From an uncultured Actinomycetes bacterium (GTDB lineage Bacteria > Actinomycetota > Acidimicrobiia > Spongiisociales > DATADW01): 64,000 nt of DNA. The position numbers and the translations under genes are program-made. How positions within the stretch are numbered: position 1 is the first letter of the stretch; each line of letters starts with the position of its first letter. Shown in pieces: positions 54,111-64,000 of the stretch. The stretch is from assembly GCA_963824995.1 (NCBI GenBank), contig CAWGRK010000006.1:318273-382272 (forward strand). The letters are read 5' to 3'. A model generated the notes under the pieces. It worked only from the letters and a program-made list of their open reading frames with translations. It was not told the origin of the DNA and did not search any database.

Positions 54111-56522
54111 CTACTCGCCGTCCATCTCCTCCATCACGTCCTCGAGCGAGACCGCTGCCCGGCGCCGCTCTCCCGACGCCGGCGCCGGCTGCACGGGCGC
54201 CGGCTGCTGGGCGCTGTAGTTAGACCTGCGGTCGCCGCCGCCGCTTCGACGGTCACGGTCACGACCCCCCCGGTCGCCGCGGTCACGCCCACCGCGGTCA
54301 CCGCGGTCACGATCTCGGTCGCGCCCGCCGTCGCGGGGTGCGGAGGCGATCTTCGCCTTCTGCTCCTCGCTCAACTCGATAGGCACGGCGAGGTCAAGGC
54401 TGACCTTGCCGTTGCGGTCCACCTCGCGCACCGTGACCTTGACCGCGTCGCCCAGGCTGAGGTAGTCCTCCACCCGTTCGACACGGCGCTCGGTGTCGAG
54501 CTTCGAGATGTGGAGGAGCCCGTCACGCCCCGGCAGGATGTTGACGAAGGCGCCGAAGCTGGTGATGTTCACCACTTCGCCGTCGTAGTCGGCACCGACC
54601 TCGACTTCGGGCGGGTTGACGATCAGGTTGATCCGCTCGCGGGCGGCATTGAGGCTATCGGCGTTGTTGGAGCCGATGCGGACGATGCCGTGGGCACCTT
54701 CCTCCTCGATCTCGATCGTCGCCCCGGTCTGCTCCTCGAGTTCGCGGATCACCTTGCCCTTGGGCCCGATGACTTCGCCGATCTTGTCCTTGGGGATCTT
54801 GATCGCCTCGATGCGCGGCGCCCACTGGTTCATCTCGGTACGGGGCGACGAGATGGCCTCGCGCATCACCTCGAGGATCCGCAGCCGTGCCTCTTTGGCC
54901 TGGGCGAGGGCGTCGGCGAGGACCTGGCTGGGCAGACCCTGGATCTTGGTGTCCAACTGGAGGGCGGTGATGACGTCGGCGGTCCCGGCAACCTTGAAGT
55001 CCATGTCGCCAAGGGCATCCTCCGCCCCGATGATGTCTGTCAGGGTGACGAACTTGCCGTCCTGGGCGATGAGCCCCATGGCCACTCCGCCAACCGGGTC
55101 GCTTATCGGCACACCGGCGTCCATCAAGGACAGGGTCGAAGCGCATACCGATGCCATGGACGTCGACCCGTTCGACGAGAGCACCTCAGAGACGAGCCTG
55201 AGTGCGTATGGGAACTCCTCCTCGTCGGGGATCACCGGAAGCAGAGCCTTCTCGGCGAGCGCCCCGTGCCCGATCTCACGCCGGCGCGGCCCGCGCATGA
55301 AGCCGGCCTCCCCGGTGGAGAACGGCGGGAAGTTGTAGTGGTGCATGTACCGCTTGGACTCTTCGATCGAGAGGGTGTCGAGCATCTGCTCCATCTTGAG
55401 CATCCCGAGCGTCGCCAGGTTGAGCACCTGGGTATCCCCCCGTTGGAAGAGCCCGGAGCCGTGGGTGCGGGAGACAACCCCGACCTCGGCGCTGAGCGGC
55501 CGCAGGTCGGTAGGCCCGCGCCCATCGAGGCGGATGCCTTCGTTGATGACGCGCTCGCGCATCATCCGCTTGAGCGTGGAGCCGAATGCCCTTCGGGCTG
55601 CTCCCAGCTCGACGGGATCCTCGATCTTGAGCTCGAGCTCGACGCCGGCCCAAGCCGCCTCCTCGGCCGACTTGCGGTCTACCTTGTTGGAGATGGTCAC
55701 CACATCGGTCAGCGGCATCGTGCTCAGCTCGGACACCCGCTCCAGCAGTTCGGAGGGGTAGTCGGTCACCACCGGCCAGTCACCCTCCTCGACCTCGACC
55801 AGCTTCCGCAGCTCGAGCTGGAGGTCTATCGACTGGGCGATGTACGTCTTGGCCTCTTCCAGCCCGCGGGCGACGCTCTCCTCGTCGCTCGGCGGCTGCC
55901 CGCCGGCGATGAGACGGAGCCCGTCCTCGGTGGAGCCGGCCTCGACCATCAGGATGTCGATCTCACCGGCGTCGTTGCGTCGTCCGGCAACAACGAGTTC
56001 GAAGACGGATTCCTCGAGCTCCTCATAGGTCGGCATGGCGGTCCACTCGCCGTTGCGGAGCGCAAGACGCACCGCACCGATCGGCCCCTGGAAGGGGATG
56101 GTGCTCACCATGAGCGCCGCCGACGCCCCATTGAGGGCGATGATGTCATACGCGTTCTCGTTGTCCACCGACAGGATCGTCGCCACGACCTGCGTCTCGC
56201 TGCGGAAGCCATCGGCAAAGGCGGGACGGAGCGGACGGTCGATGAGACGGGCGGTGAGGATCGCCTTTTCGGTGGCGCGCCCCTCACGCCGGAAGAACGA
56301 CCCCGGGATCTTGCCCGCGGCGTACATCCGCTCTTCGACATCGACGGTGAGCGGGAAGAAGTCGACGCCCTCCCGCAGGGTCTTGTTGGCGGTCGCGGTC
56401 ACCAGCACCTGGGTATCTCCCAGGCTCACGGTGACGGCGCCGTCGGCTTGCATGGCGAGCTTGCCGGCCCGGAAGACGATCTCCCGGTCACCGACAGCCC
56501 CGCGTACCACAATTTCAGGCAC
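54111..56522 (-). CDS. pnp: Polyribonucleotide nucleotidyltransferase (PNPase)
   Basis: FFPLTVD, RLIDRPLRP, RREIGHG, SNGSTSMAS, DMDFKVAG, KH and S1 domains. Confidence 0.98.
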   Translation of the reverse strand: MPEIVVRGAVGDREIVFRAGKLAMQADGAVTVSLGDTQVLVTATANKTLREGVDFFPLTVDVEERMYAAGKIPGSFFRREGRATEKAILTARLIDRPLRPAFADGFRSETQVVATILSVDNENAYDIIALNGASAALMVSTIPFQGPIGAVRLALRNGEWTAMPTYEELEESVFELVVAGRRNDAGEIDILMVEAGSTEDGLRLIAGGQPPSDEESVARGLEEAKTYIAQSIDLQLELRKLVEVEEGDWPVVTDYPSELLERVSELSTMPLTDVVTISNKVDRKSAEEAAWAGVELELKIEDPVELGAARRAFGSTLKRMMRERVINEGIRLDGRGPTDLRPLSAEVGVVSRTHGSGLFQRGDTQVLNLATLGMLKMEQMLDTLSIEESKRYMHHYNFPPFSTGEAGFMRGPRRREIGHGALAEKALLPVIPDEEEFPYALRLVSEVLSSNGSTSMASVCASTLSLMDAGVPISDPVGGVAMGLIAQDGKFVTLTDIIGAEDALGDMDFKVAGTADVITALQLDTKIQGLPSQVLADALAQAKEARLRILEVMREAISSPRTEMNQWAPRIEAIKIPKDKIGEVIGPKGKVIRELEEQTGATIEIEEEGAHGIVRIGSNNADSLNAARERINLIVNPPEVEVGADYDGEVVNITSFGAFVNILPGRDGLLHISKLDTERRVERVEDYLSLGDAVKVTVREVDRNGKVSLDLAVPIELSEEQKAKIASAPRDGGRDRDRDRGDRGGRDRGDRGGRDRDRRSGGGDRRSNYSAQQPAPVQPAPASGERRRAAVSLEDVMEEMDGE

Positions 56523-56541
56523 GCTCTCTCTCCTCTTTCGG

Positions 56542-56615
56542 GGAGAGCGGCCAATTCCCAGTGGTCATCCCTCCGAAATTCCAAGGGATGGCAACTGACA
56601 ACTGGCGCGCTCTCC
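56542..56615 (-). promoter_or_regulatory. Long stem-loop in the pnp 5' leader
   Basis: GGAGAGCG/CGCTCTCC, GCCAGTT/AATTGGC, CAGT/ACTG and CATCCCT/AGGGATG nested pairings. Confidence 0.7.
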
Positions 56616-56660
56616 GTCCTCATTTGTCTCGTCCGGGCCCTGCTTGGGCTCGAACGTGGA

Positions 56661-56684
56661 AGAAGCGCCCCACAGGGCGCTTCT
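56661..56684 (-). terminator. rpsO terminator-like hairpin
   Basis: Perfect 10-bp stem AGAAGCGCCC-N4-GGGCGCTTCT 5 nt after the rpsO stop. Confidence 0.75.
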
Positions 56685-56689
56685 CACAT

Positions 56690-56947
56690 CTATCGGCGCA
56701 GACCGAGACGGCCGATCAACTGCCGGTATCGCTCCACGTCCTGACGTCGCAGATAGTTGAGCAACCGGCGCCGCCTCCCCACCATCATCAACAGGCCACG
56801 ACGGCTGTGGTGGTCGTGTTTGTGGGTCCTGAGATGCTCGGTGAGGTGGTTGATCTTCTCGGTGAGCAGCGCCACCTGCACCTCGGGGGACCCGGTGTCG
56901 CTGTCGTGGTGACCGTATTCGGTGATTATCTCTTCAGTGGTTTTCAT
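56690..56947 (-). CDS. rpsO: 30S ribosomal protein S15
   Basis: [29 protein letters not shown]. Confidence 0.98.
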   Translation of the reverse strand: MKTTEEIITEYGHHDSDTGSPEVQVALLTEKINHLTEHLRTHKHDHHSRRGLLMMVGRRRRLLNYLRRQDVERYRQLIGRLGLRR

Positions 56948-57098
56948 TAAGCGAGCCGATGATCGGGTGGCATGAGCCTATGGGGTTCGGCATTCCTTGG
57001 CAGAGTTGACTACCTGGTCTGACGGCTTGATCCCCATCGCTCCCGAGCGGGAGCGGTAGGCATAGTAGCACCTGTGCCATCAGCGCCCTTCGGGGCCA

Positions 57099-58286
57099 TC
57101 AGGTGGCGCGCATCCGGCGGCGGAGCCCCAGGTAGGCGATAGCTGCCAAGCCGACCGCCAGGGCGGCGAGCGATCCCCAGGTGACGAGCGAAGGCTGGAC
57201 ACCACGGAACATGACGTCCTGCAGTGCGGCTATCCCGTGGGTTGCCGGAATCAGCCAGGCCACCGGACGCACGATGGGCGCCAGGCGCTCGAGCGAGAGC
57301 ATGAAGCCGCTGAAGAATATGGAGACGAGCAGGGCGATCATCGAGGCCTGGACCGCTTGGGCATCGGTTTCCACCAGCGACGACAGCACCATGCCCCAGC
57401 CGAGCGATGCCACGATCACCCCGGCAACCGAAACCCCCAACTGCCACCACGATCCCTCCATGGGCACTCCAAGGGCGAAGACGGATGCTGACACCAGCAC
57501 AGCGGCGAGAACGCCGCCGATGGCGAAGTGGCCGATGTACTTCCCCCAGAGCGTCTCGCCCGCGGTGAGCGGGGCAACCCTGAACAGATCGGCCGTCCCC
57601 AGGTATCGCTCTCTGACCAGCGAGAGAGCGGCAAATGTGAGAGCGGCGTGCTGGAGCAGCAGCACGATGACCGCAGGGGCGTAGTACGAGGTGACGTCCA
57701 CCGAGATCCCCTGCACCTGCTCGGTGCCGGCACTGAATGGGGCAACCAGCACCTCGGGGTCTATCCCCTCGTACTCGCTCCCCTCGCTGAACCCGACCTC
57801 CATCCCCTGCTCGGCCAACTCGCTGAGGAGCCGGTCGTTTGCCTGATCTACCGAGGAACGGGCGAAGAAATCGATGGCGGTGCGCTCGAATGGGTCCAAC
57901 TCGTCATGGACGACGACGAACTGCGCCTTCTCGTTCTGCTGGATCGTTTCGAGCGGGTTCGGCGGCACGACGATCACCGCATCCACCTCGCCGCTCTCCA
58001 GCAGGTTGAGCCCTTCGGCTTCATCGCTGCCGGTCCCGACGACGGTCACCGCCTGTCCCGAATTCTCGGCCCAGTCGATCACCGCCTGGCCGAGGATGTC
58101 GTCCTCGGGAGCGACGATGTACATGTCGAGCGGCCTCACCGCCTGGTAGCCGGCCCCGAAGAGCAGGAGGATCAGGAAAGGGCCGAGCACCAGCGATGCC
58201 AGGAGGCGAGGCTGACGGACCACCTCGACGATCTCCTTGCGGACGAATGCCCCGGCCCGGACAAGAGGTGCGACCCTACTTTGCAC
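57099..58286 (-). CDS. ABC-2 type transporter permease
   Basis: KEIVEVVRQPRL, SLVRERYLGT, SIFFSGF, LIPATHG. Confidence 0.88.
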   Translation of the reverse strand: MQSRVAPLVRAGAFVRKEIVEVVRQPRLLASLVLGPFLILLLFGAGYQAVRPLDMYIVAPEDDILGQAVIDWAENSGQAVTVVGTGSDEAEGLNLLESGEVDAVIVVPPNPLETIQQNEKAQFVVVHDELDPFERTAIDFFARSSVDQANDRLLSELAEQGMEVGFSEGSEYEGIDPEVLVAPFSAGTEQVQGISVDVTSYYAPAVIVLLLQHAALTFAALSLVRERYLGTADLFRVAPLTAGETLWGKYIGHFAIGGVLAAVLVSASVFALGVPMEGSWWQLGVSVAGVIVASLGWGMVLSSLVETDAQAVQASMIALLVSIFFSGFMLSLERLAPIVRPVAWLIPATHGIAALQDVMFRGVQPSLVTWGSLAALAVGLAAIAYLGLRRRMRAT

Positions 58287-59277
58287 CGGTCAACTCTCTC
58301 GGTGTGTCAACGCCTCTTGCCCGCTCGACCAGCGTGACGAAGACGTCGTCGAAAGGCGGCCGGTACTCTTCGGCCTCCTCGAGGTCCAGCCCGCGCTCCT
58401 GCGCCCACGAGACGAGATCGGGGATGGCGCGGGCCGCATCGGATACGACCAGTTCCAGGCTCCGCTCATCGAGCGGACGCACCCTGGTCCGACCGTCGAA
58501 TTGGGATAGCTCGGCGATGGTCTCCGGGCCGTGGACGCTCGCAAACCGCACGTGGACGACGTCACCGCCCGTCGCGGCGCGGCGGAGGCCCTCGGGGGTG
58601 TCCATCATCACCAGCCGACCGCCGACGATCAGGGCGACCAGGTCGCAGTATTCGGCTTCGCCCACGTACTGGGTGGTGACGAAGACCGTCCTGCCGTCGT
58701 TGCGCATCTCGGCGAAGTGGTCCCAGAACTTGCGACGGAGCACGGGGTCTATACCCGCGGTCGGCTCATCGAGGAAGAGCAAATCGGGGTTGTGCACCAG
58801 AGTGGCGGCGAGACCTAGCCGCCTCTGCATCCCTCCTGAGATCTCGGTCACGGTCTTCGACTCCGATCCCTCGAGCTCGACGAACTCGATCACTTCGCGG
58901 AGGGCGGCGGATCGTCCAAACCAGGGCAGCCCGGCGATCGATGCTGCGAAGGTGAGGTTCTGATGAACCGTCAGCTGGGGATAGAGCGCCGACAATTGTG
59001 GGAGATAGCCGATCCGCGACTTGGTGGTGCTCGAGAACCGGGTGGGAACCGATCCGAGGACCTGAACGGAACCCGATGTGGGACGGGTCAGCCCGGTGAG
59101 CAGTCGCACCGTGGTCGTCTTCCCCGATCCGCTGGGGCCGACAAAGCCGAAGATCGTGCCTGAAGGGATCGTCAGGTCGAGGTCGTGGACCCCCGTGTCG
59201 TCTTTGAACACCTTGCTCAGGCCCTGGGTGGTGATGACGGCATCCTCGGGTGCCGGTACCGGAAGCGACTCGCTCAC
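58276..59277 (-). CDS. ABC transporter ATP-binding protein
   Basis: GPSGSGKT, ISGGMQRR, LDEPTAGID. Confidence 0.93.
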   Translation of the reverse strand: MSESLPVPAPEDAVITTQGLSKVFKDDTGVHDLDLTIPSGTIFGFVGPSGSGKTTTVRLLTGLTRPTSGSVQVLGSVPTRFSSTTKSRIGYLPQLSALYPQLTVHQNLTFAASIAGLPWFGRSAALREVIEFVELEGSESKTVTEISGGMQRRLGLAATLVHNPDLLFLDEPTAGIDPVLRRKFWDHFAEMRNDGRTVFVTTQYVGEAEYCDLVALIVGGRLVMMDTPEGLRRAATGGDVVHVRFASVHGPETIAELSQFDGRTRVRPLDERSLELVVSDAARAIPDLVSWAQERGLDLEEAEEYRPPFDDVFVTLVERARGVDTPRELTGAK

Positions 59278-60260
59278 GGCGCCGGCGTACCCGGTGGGGT
59301 CGTTTGGGAAACCGCGCCCGGGACGGAGCCCAGGAGACGCCGGTGGGCAGCTTCGATGTCCGCGTGGATCTGGGCGACCAGCTCCTCGGGTCCTGAGAAG
59401 CGATGCTCGGGGCGAATCCGGTCAACAAAGTGGAGGGTGAGCAGTTCGCCGTAGAGGTCGAGGTCGCTCCGCACATCGAGCAGATGTGCCTCGACCGTTA
59501 GCCGCTTTCCGCCGAAAGTCGGGCGGAAACCGATATTGACTACAGCCTCATGGGTGTTGACACCCACATCGGCAAAGGCGGCGTAGACCCCGGTGGCTGG
59601 GAGCGCCAGCCGATCGTCGAGTTCGAGGTTGGCGGTTGGAATCCCGATCGACCTGCCGCGGCCCTCACCGTGGACCACCACTCCGGCCAGTGCGAAACGC
59701 CGGCCGAGCGCCTCGCCGGCGGTGGCGACGTCACCCGCCTCGAGCATCGCCCGTATCCGGGTGGATGACATCGGGCCCTCGCCCTCGGAGAGCAGCGGCA
59801 CCTCGTCGACCTCGAACCCGAGTTGCCCGCCCATCCTCTCGAGCAACCCGGTGTCGCCCCTCCGGTCGTGCCCGAACCTGAAGTCCGTCCCAACTGCCAC
59901 CAGCCGGGCGCCAAGCGCCCGGACCAGGACACCCTCGACAAAGCTCTCAGCCTCCATGTTCCTCACCTCATCGAAGGGAAGCACACCGGCCACGTCCACG
60001 CCCAGCCGCTCGAATACCCCGAGCCGATCCTCCACCGACGTGAGTAGGCGGGGCACCTTCTCGGGAGCCACTACCTCTAGTGGGTGACGGTCGAAGGTGA
60101 GGGCCACGGTGTCAAGCTGTTCTGCCGCGGCTCGGGCAGTGAGTTCCTCGATCACCTTGCGATGCCCGCGGTGGACACCGTCGAACACGCCGATGGTGAT
60201 GGCGGACCCACGCGGCCGGAGCGGCCCCCACCGCAGCGGGTCACCCCGCAGAACCCGCAT
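59274..60260 (-). CDS. ribF: Bifunctional riboflavin kinase/FAD synthetase
   Basis: IGVFDGVHRGH, GTDFRFG, SSTRIR, GIPTANL, NIGFRPTF. Confidence 0.96.
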   Translation of the reverse strand: MRVLRGDPLRWGPLRPRGSAITIGVFDGVHRGHRKVIEELTARAAAEQLDTVALTFDRHPLEVVAPEKVPRLLTSVEDRLGVFERLGVDVAGVLPFDEVRNMEAESFVEGVLVRALGARLVAVGTDFRFGHDRRGDTGLLERMGGQLGFEVDEVPLLSEGEGPMSSTRIRAMLEAGDVATAGEALGRRFALAGVVVHGEGRGRSIGIPTANLELDDRLALPATGVYAAFADVGVNTHEAVVNIGFRPTFGGKRLTVEAHLLDVRSDLDLYGELLTLHFVDRIRPEHRFSGPEELVAQIHADIEAAHRRLLGSVPGAVSQTTPPGTPAP

Positions 60261-61139
60261 CCAACACCACCTCTGGGACCGCCAGCTTTCCCTCGAGACG
60301 GTAGACGGCGATCAGGTCACCTTCGGCGTCGTGGACCCGAAACGGTCCCGATGAGGGCGCGTCCAGTCCGAATCCGAAGCTGGCGCCGTGACGAACTGCC
60401 CGCGCTCGTCTCGTTGTCGACCGTCACCGCGGGAAGATCACACAACCCGGCATCGGTGGGACGGATGGCATCAGACCCGATGGTGTTGACCAGTTCATCC
60501 AGAGGTGCGGCATCGCGGTCCACGTCGATCGTGCCCACGCCGGTCCGTCGAAGCTCGCAGAGGTGGGCCCTGCCCCCCAATGCGGCGGCGATGTCGTCGG
60601 CCAGCACGCGGACATAGGTCCCCTTTCCACATCTGACCGAGAGCACGGCCTCGGGGTAGTCGCCGGGGGCGAACTCCTCGATCGAGATCTGGTGGATCTC
60701 GATCGGCCTCGGCTCTCGTTCGACCGTCTCCCCGGCACGGTGCAACTCGTGGAGACGGCGCCCCCCGATCCGCACCGCCGACACCATGGGGGGAACCTGG
60801 AGCACCGTCCCGACGAACCTGGGGACCACCGCCTCGAGTTCCTCCTCGTCGAACGGCATCGGCTCGCGCCACAGAACGGCCCCATCGGCATCGAGGGTGT
60901 CCGTCGCCACACCGAACATGACACGGGCCCGGTATCCTTGGCGAGGTCCTGGACGAACCGGAGCAGGCGGGTCGCCCGCCCGACAGCGACCACCAACAGA
61001 CCGGTTGCCATGGGGTCGAGCGTCCCGGCGTGACCCACCTTCCCACCCCGAGAGCGCGGCGGAGAGCCGCAACGACGTCGTGCGACGTCATCCCCTGTGG
61101 CTTGTCTACGAAGAGGAACCCTGAGACCGTATCGGCCAT
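60241..61139 (-). CDS. truB: tRNA pseudouridine(55) synthase; frameshifted
   Basis: VDKPQGMTSHDVV, GHAGTLDPMATG, QVPPMVSA, CGKGTYVRVLA. Confidence 0.93.
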
Positions 61140-62114
61140 CAGCCCTCCGCCGCGGGCAGCAGGTCGCGGATGGCAGCGATGGTCGCCTCTGTCGGGCCGG
61201 GATGGGTGAGCCCGCTGGCGTTGTGGTGTCCGCCGCCACCAAGGGCCACCGCCACCGCCCCCACGTCGATGAGACCCCGCGACCGGAGGCTCGCCTTGAC
61301 CGAGCCATCCACTTCTTTGAGCAGGACGGCCACCTCGGCCTCCTGCTGCCACCCGGATGGCGTCGATCAACGGATCGGTGTCTTCGATGCCTATCCCGTG
61401 CTTCTCGGGTTCCGAGGCAAGGAGCACCGACCAGACCATCGACTTGCCCGGCTCGAGAACGGCGCGGCCGAGCACGGCCGCCTGCACGCCCAGATACCCG
61501 AAGGGAGACTCCTCGTAGACGTGGCGCCCGATCAGGTCGGGACGGGCGCCCATCTCCACCATGTCTGCCGCCGCCCGCAGCGTCTCGGCGGAGGTGTTGC
61601 CGTACTGGAACCGGCCGGTGTCGGTCACCAGTCCGGTCAGCAAGCAGGTGGCCACCACCTCGTCGATCGGCCACCCGAGCCGGCGGATCAGCCTGTATGC
61701 AAGTTGCGCCGACGCCGCGGCAAACGGGTCGATGAGGTTGATCGTCCCGAACCCGGGGTTGGAGGCGTGATGGTCCACAACGATCACCTCGCCGGCCTTG
61801 GCGGCCGCGGTCGCCAACTCTCCGAGACGATCCGCCGAGGCGACGTCGAAGGTGACCAGCACCTCCGGTTCAGCAGGGAACTCCGCGGGCGGTACGAGTA
61901 GCGGGAGCGGGAGGAACCGGTAGCTGTTCCCCAACACGAATGGCGAGCCAAAGGAGACCACGGCGTTGCGCCCGGCGTTGCGGGCCGCCGCGGCAAACCC
62001 GAGAGCCGACCCGAGGGCGTCGCCGTCCGGGTTGATGTGGCAGGTGACCGCGAGGCTCGAGGCACCCGCTATCGCCTCCACGGACCTGCGTAGTGCGTTT
62101 TCAAGATCCTTCAT
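61139..62114 (-). CDS. DHH/DHHA1 phosphoesterase (NrnA-like); frameshift near 61345
   Basis: HINPDGDALGS, VDHH, TDTGRF, SLRS, GGGH. Confidence 0.92.
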
Positions 62115-62469
62115 CGTCACCGTCCTCCAACTGGCGCAGGAGCGCTGACAGCCGCTCCCCTTCGTCGGCCCGCTCGTCGAACCTGAACGCGATCCGTGGG
62201 GTGAACTTGAGCCGCACCGCACGACCCATCGCCCTCTGCACCCTGGGGGTTGCCGCGGCGAGTGCCTTGGCGGTCTCGATCCGCTGTTGGTCGTCGCCGA
62301 GCACCGTATAGCTGACGATGGCATTCTTCAGATCGGGTGACGTGTCCACCGCAGTGATGGTGACGAACCCGAGGCGGGGGTCCTTGAGCACCCCGACCTC
62401 GGCGGCGATCACCTTGTGGAGGGATGCGTTCACCCGGCGCATCCACGATCCGGCTTCGGCGGCACCCAT
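62101..62469 (-). CDS. rbfA: Ribosome-binding factor A
   Basis: LKDPRLGFVTITAVDTSPDL, LKFTPRIAF; downstream of infB. Confidence 0.93.
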   Translation of the reverse strand: MGAAEAGSWMRRVNASLHKVIAAEVGVLKDPRLGFVTITAVDTSPDLKNAIVSYTVLGDDQQRIETAKALAAATPRVQRAMGRAVRLKFTPRIAFRFDERADEGERLSALLRQLEDGDDEGS

Positions 62470-62762
62470 CAACGCGGGTCCTCGAGATGGCTCACCCCGA
62501 CTTCGAGCACCTCGACCTCGGGAACACGCTCGATGAATCGGCGTACTGAATGCACCTGCCGGTCGAGATGGCCCGCCCGACTGGAGACCAAGGCCACTCC
62601 GAGCGTCGACCGCTTCCAGAGGTCCTGGTGGCCCACCTCGGCGACGGCAACGCCGAAGGTGGACCGGAGTGCCGAGATCAACGGCTTGATGACGCTTCTC
62701 TTGCTCTTGAGCGAACGCACCTCTGGGAGCCGCAACTCGAATCGGACCAACGCGGCGTGCAC
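62469..62762 (-). CDS. DUF503 (YlxP-like) protein
   Basis: SLKSKRSVIK, VAVAEVGHQDLW; between infB and rbfA. Confidence 0.9.
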   Translation of the reverse strand: MHAALVRFELRLPEVRSLKSKRSVIKPLISALRSTFGVAVAEVGHQDLWKRSTLGVALVSSRAGHLDRQVHSVRRFIERVPEVEVLEVGVSHLEDPR

Positions 62763-62781
62763 GAGAGGAGGCCTCCCCGTC

Positions 62782-64000
62782 TCAGGTGCGTGGGACCTCG
62801 CGGACCTCGTAAACCTCGATCACGTCCCCCTCCTTGATGTCGTTGAATGCGGCGAGTCCGATGCCACACTCGAACCCGGCCGCCACTTGGCGCACGTCCT
62901 CTTTGAAACGACGCAACGAGCCAACCGACCCGTCGTAGACGACGACACCGTCGCGGATCAGCCTGGAGCGCGCACCGCGCAGGATCTCCCCCTCTGTGAC
63001 ATAACACCCGGCGACGACTCCGAGCCGGGGTACGCGGAAGAGCGCCCTCACCTCCGCAGAGCCACGAACGAGTTCTTCTTCGGTCGGTGCCAGCCTGCCG
63101 ACCAGCATCTGCTCCACCTCGGTGAGCAACTCGTAGATGATCCTGTAGGTCCGGATCTCGATGCCGGTCTGCTCGGCGAGCTTGCGAGCCTTGGCGTCTG
63201 GCCGGACGGCGAACCCGATCACGATGGCATCGGTAACCTCGGCCAGCTTGACATCCTGTTCGGTGATCCCGCCGACGGCTGTGTGCATCAACGTGATGCG
63301 GCCTCCTTCGCGCTCGATCCGTGCGAGGGAGTCGCGGATGGCCTCCAGTGACCCGTGGGCGTCGGCCTTGACGATGAGCCGCAACTCGGCCTCGTCACTG
63401 GTGCGAAGCTGTTCGAGCAGTTGCTCGAGTCGCTCCCTTGCGTTGGGAACCTCGACATGGCTCTGACGCAGTTGGTCGGATCGCTGTTGGGCGACCGCCC
63501 GTGCCTCCTTCTCGTTGCTCACGACCTCGAAGCGGTCGCCTGCGGCGGGTAGCTCGTCCCACCCCATGATGAGCACAGGTCTCGAAGGAGCCGCATCCTT
63601 CAACCGGCCACCGGTGTCGTCGAGCATCGCCCGCACCCGGCCCGCCGCCGTGCCCGCCACCACCGCATCGGATTGATGCAGCGTGCCCCGCTGGACGATC
63701 ACCGTCGCAACCGGCCCCATACCCGTATCGAGCTGGGACTCGATGACCACGCCCGAGGCCTCTACGTCTGGGTTCGCCTTGAGGTCTTCGAGCTGAGCGG
63801 TGAGATCGAGCACCTCGATGAGCTCGTCAACACCATCGCCTGTGAGGGCCGAGACCTCGACTGTGGTCACGTCGCCACCGAGTTCCTCGGCGACCACACC
63901 GAACTCGGTCAGCGCGGCTCGCACGGCAGTCGGGTTGGCGGTAGCAAGATCCGACTTGTTGATGGCGACGATCATCGGGACGCCCGCCGCCTTGGTGTGG
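62782..64000 (-). CDS. infB: Translation initiation factor IF-2, C-terminal part (5' end outside window)
   Basis: AINKSD, VSALTGDG, KADAHGSLEA, SLRRFKEDV, GFECGI. Confidence 0.97.
   Translation of the reverse strand, partial: HTKAAGVPMIVAINKSDLATANPTAVRAALTEFGVVAEELGGDVTTVEVSALTGDGVDELIEVLDLTAQLEDLKANPDVEASGVVIESQLDTGMGPVATVIVQRGTLHQSDAVVAGTAAGRVRAMLDDTGGRLKDAAPSRPVLIMGWDELPAAGDRFEVVSNEKEARAVAQQRSDQLRQSHVEVPNARERLEQLLEQLRTSDEAELRLIVKADAHGSLEAIRDSLARIEREGGRITLMHTAVGGITEQDVKLAEVTDAIVIGFAVRPDAKARKLAEQTGIEIRTYRIIYELLTEVEQMLVGRLAPTEEELVRGSAEVRALFRVPRLGVVAGCYVTEGEILRGARSRLIRDGVVVYDGSVGSLRRFKEDVRQVAAGFECGIGLAAFNDIKEGDVIEVYEVREVPRT

Noticed and set aside
54009..56744. 911-aa plus-strand ORF and other long antisense ORFs (3195-4937, 44760-45600 part)
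   Set aside because: Shadow ORFs opposite well-supported genes, typical of high-GC codon bias.
60495..62324. Apparent DHH-TruB fusion (609-aa ORF)
   Set aside because: Created by an indel near 61345; the DHH C-terminus (SLRS, GGGH) is in another frame and stops at 61139.

Overview
High-GC chromosomal window from an actinobacterium, probably an Acidimicrobiia-like lineage (inferred from gene content and from Gram-positive/actinobacterial SOS boxes). Many genes, including normally essential ones (ftsK, dapA), are split by single-base indels, which looks like long-read consensus error rather than real decay. The two ends hold conserved housekeeping blocks on the minus strand: infB-DUF503-rbfA-DHH-truB-ribF-[ABC pair]-rpsO-pnp on the right, and M16 peptidase ... 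dapA-rnj-cysteine synthase-ftsK-2-oxoacid dehydrogenase E1a/E1b/E2 on the left. About 41 kb of mixed genes lie between them, rich in DNA-damage functions (lhr-nei, a second fpg/nei, a DUF222-HNH gene, dnaE2, imuA'-imuB). Three LexA boxes and three PafBC/RecA-NDp-like promoters can be read directly from the sequence. The main oddities are: (1) an orphan CobT/NorD-like VWA protein paired with a CbbQ/CobS-like AAA+ ATPase whose Walker A Thr/Ser and Walker B Asp appear reciprocally swapped (GKD ... LSE); (2) an in-frame RRM-IF-1 ORF; (3) an AroQ-alpha/beta-hydrolase fusion; (4) an acidic protein with exact 16-aa PD(Y/F)ARGQ repeats next to imuA'; (5) a dispersed heptamer (GACGGAA) repeat family, one inverted pair of which lies in frame inside dnaE2; (6) an unknown Cys-containing protein behind a PafBC-like promoter. 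No rRNA, tRNA or CRISPR array was seen. All product calls come from motif recognition, not database searches.
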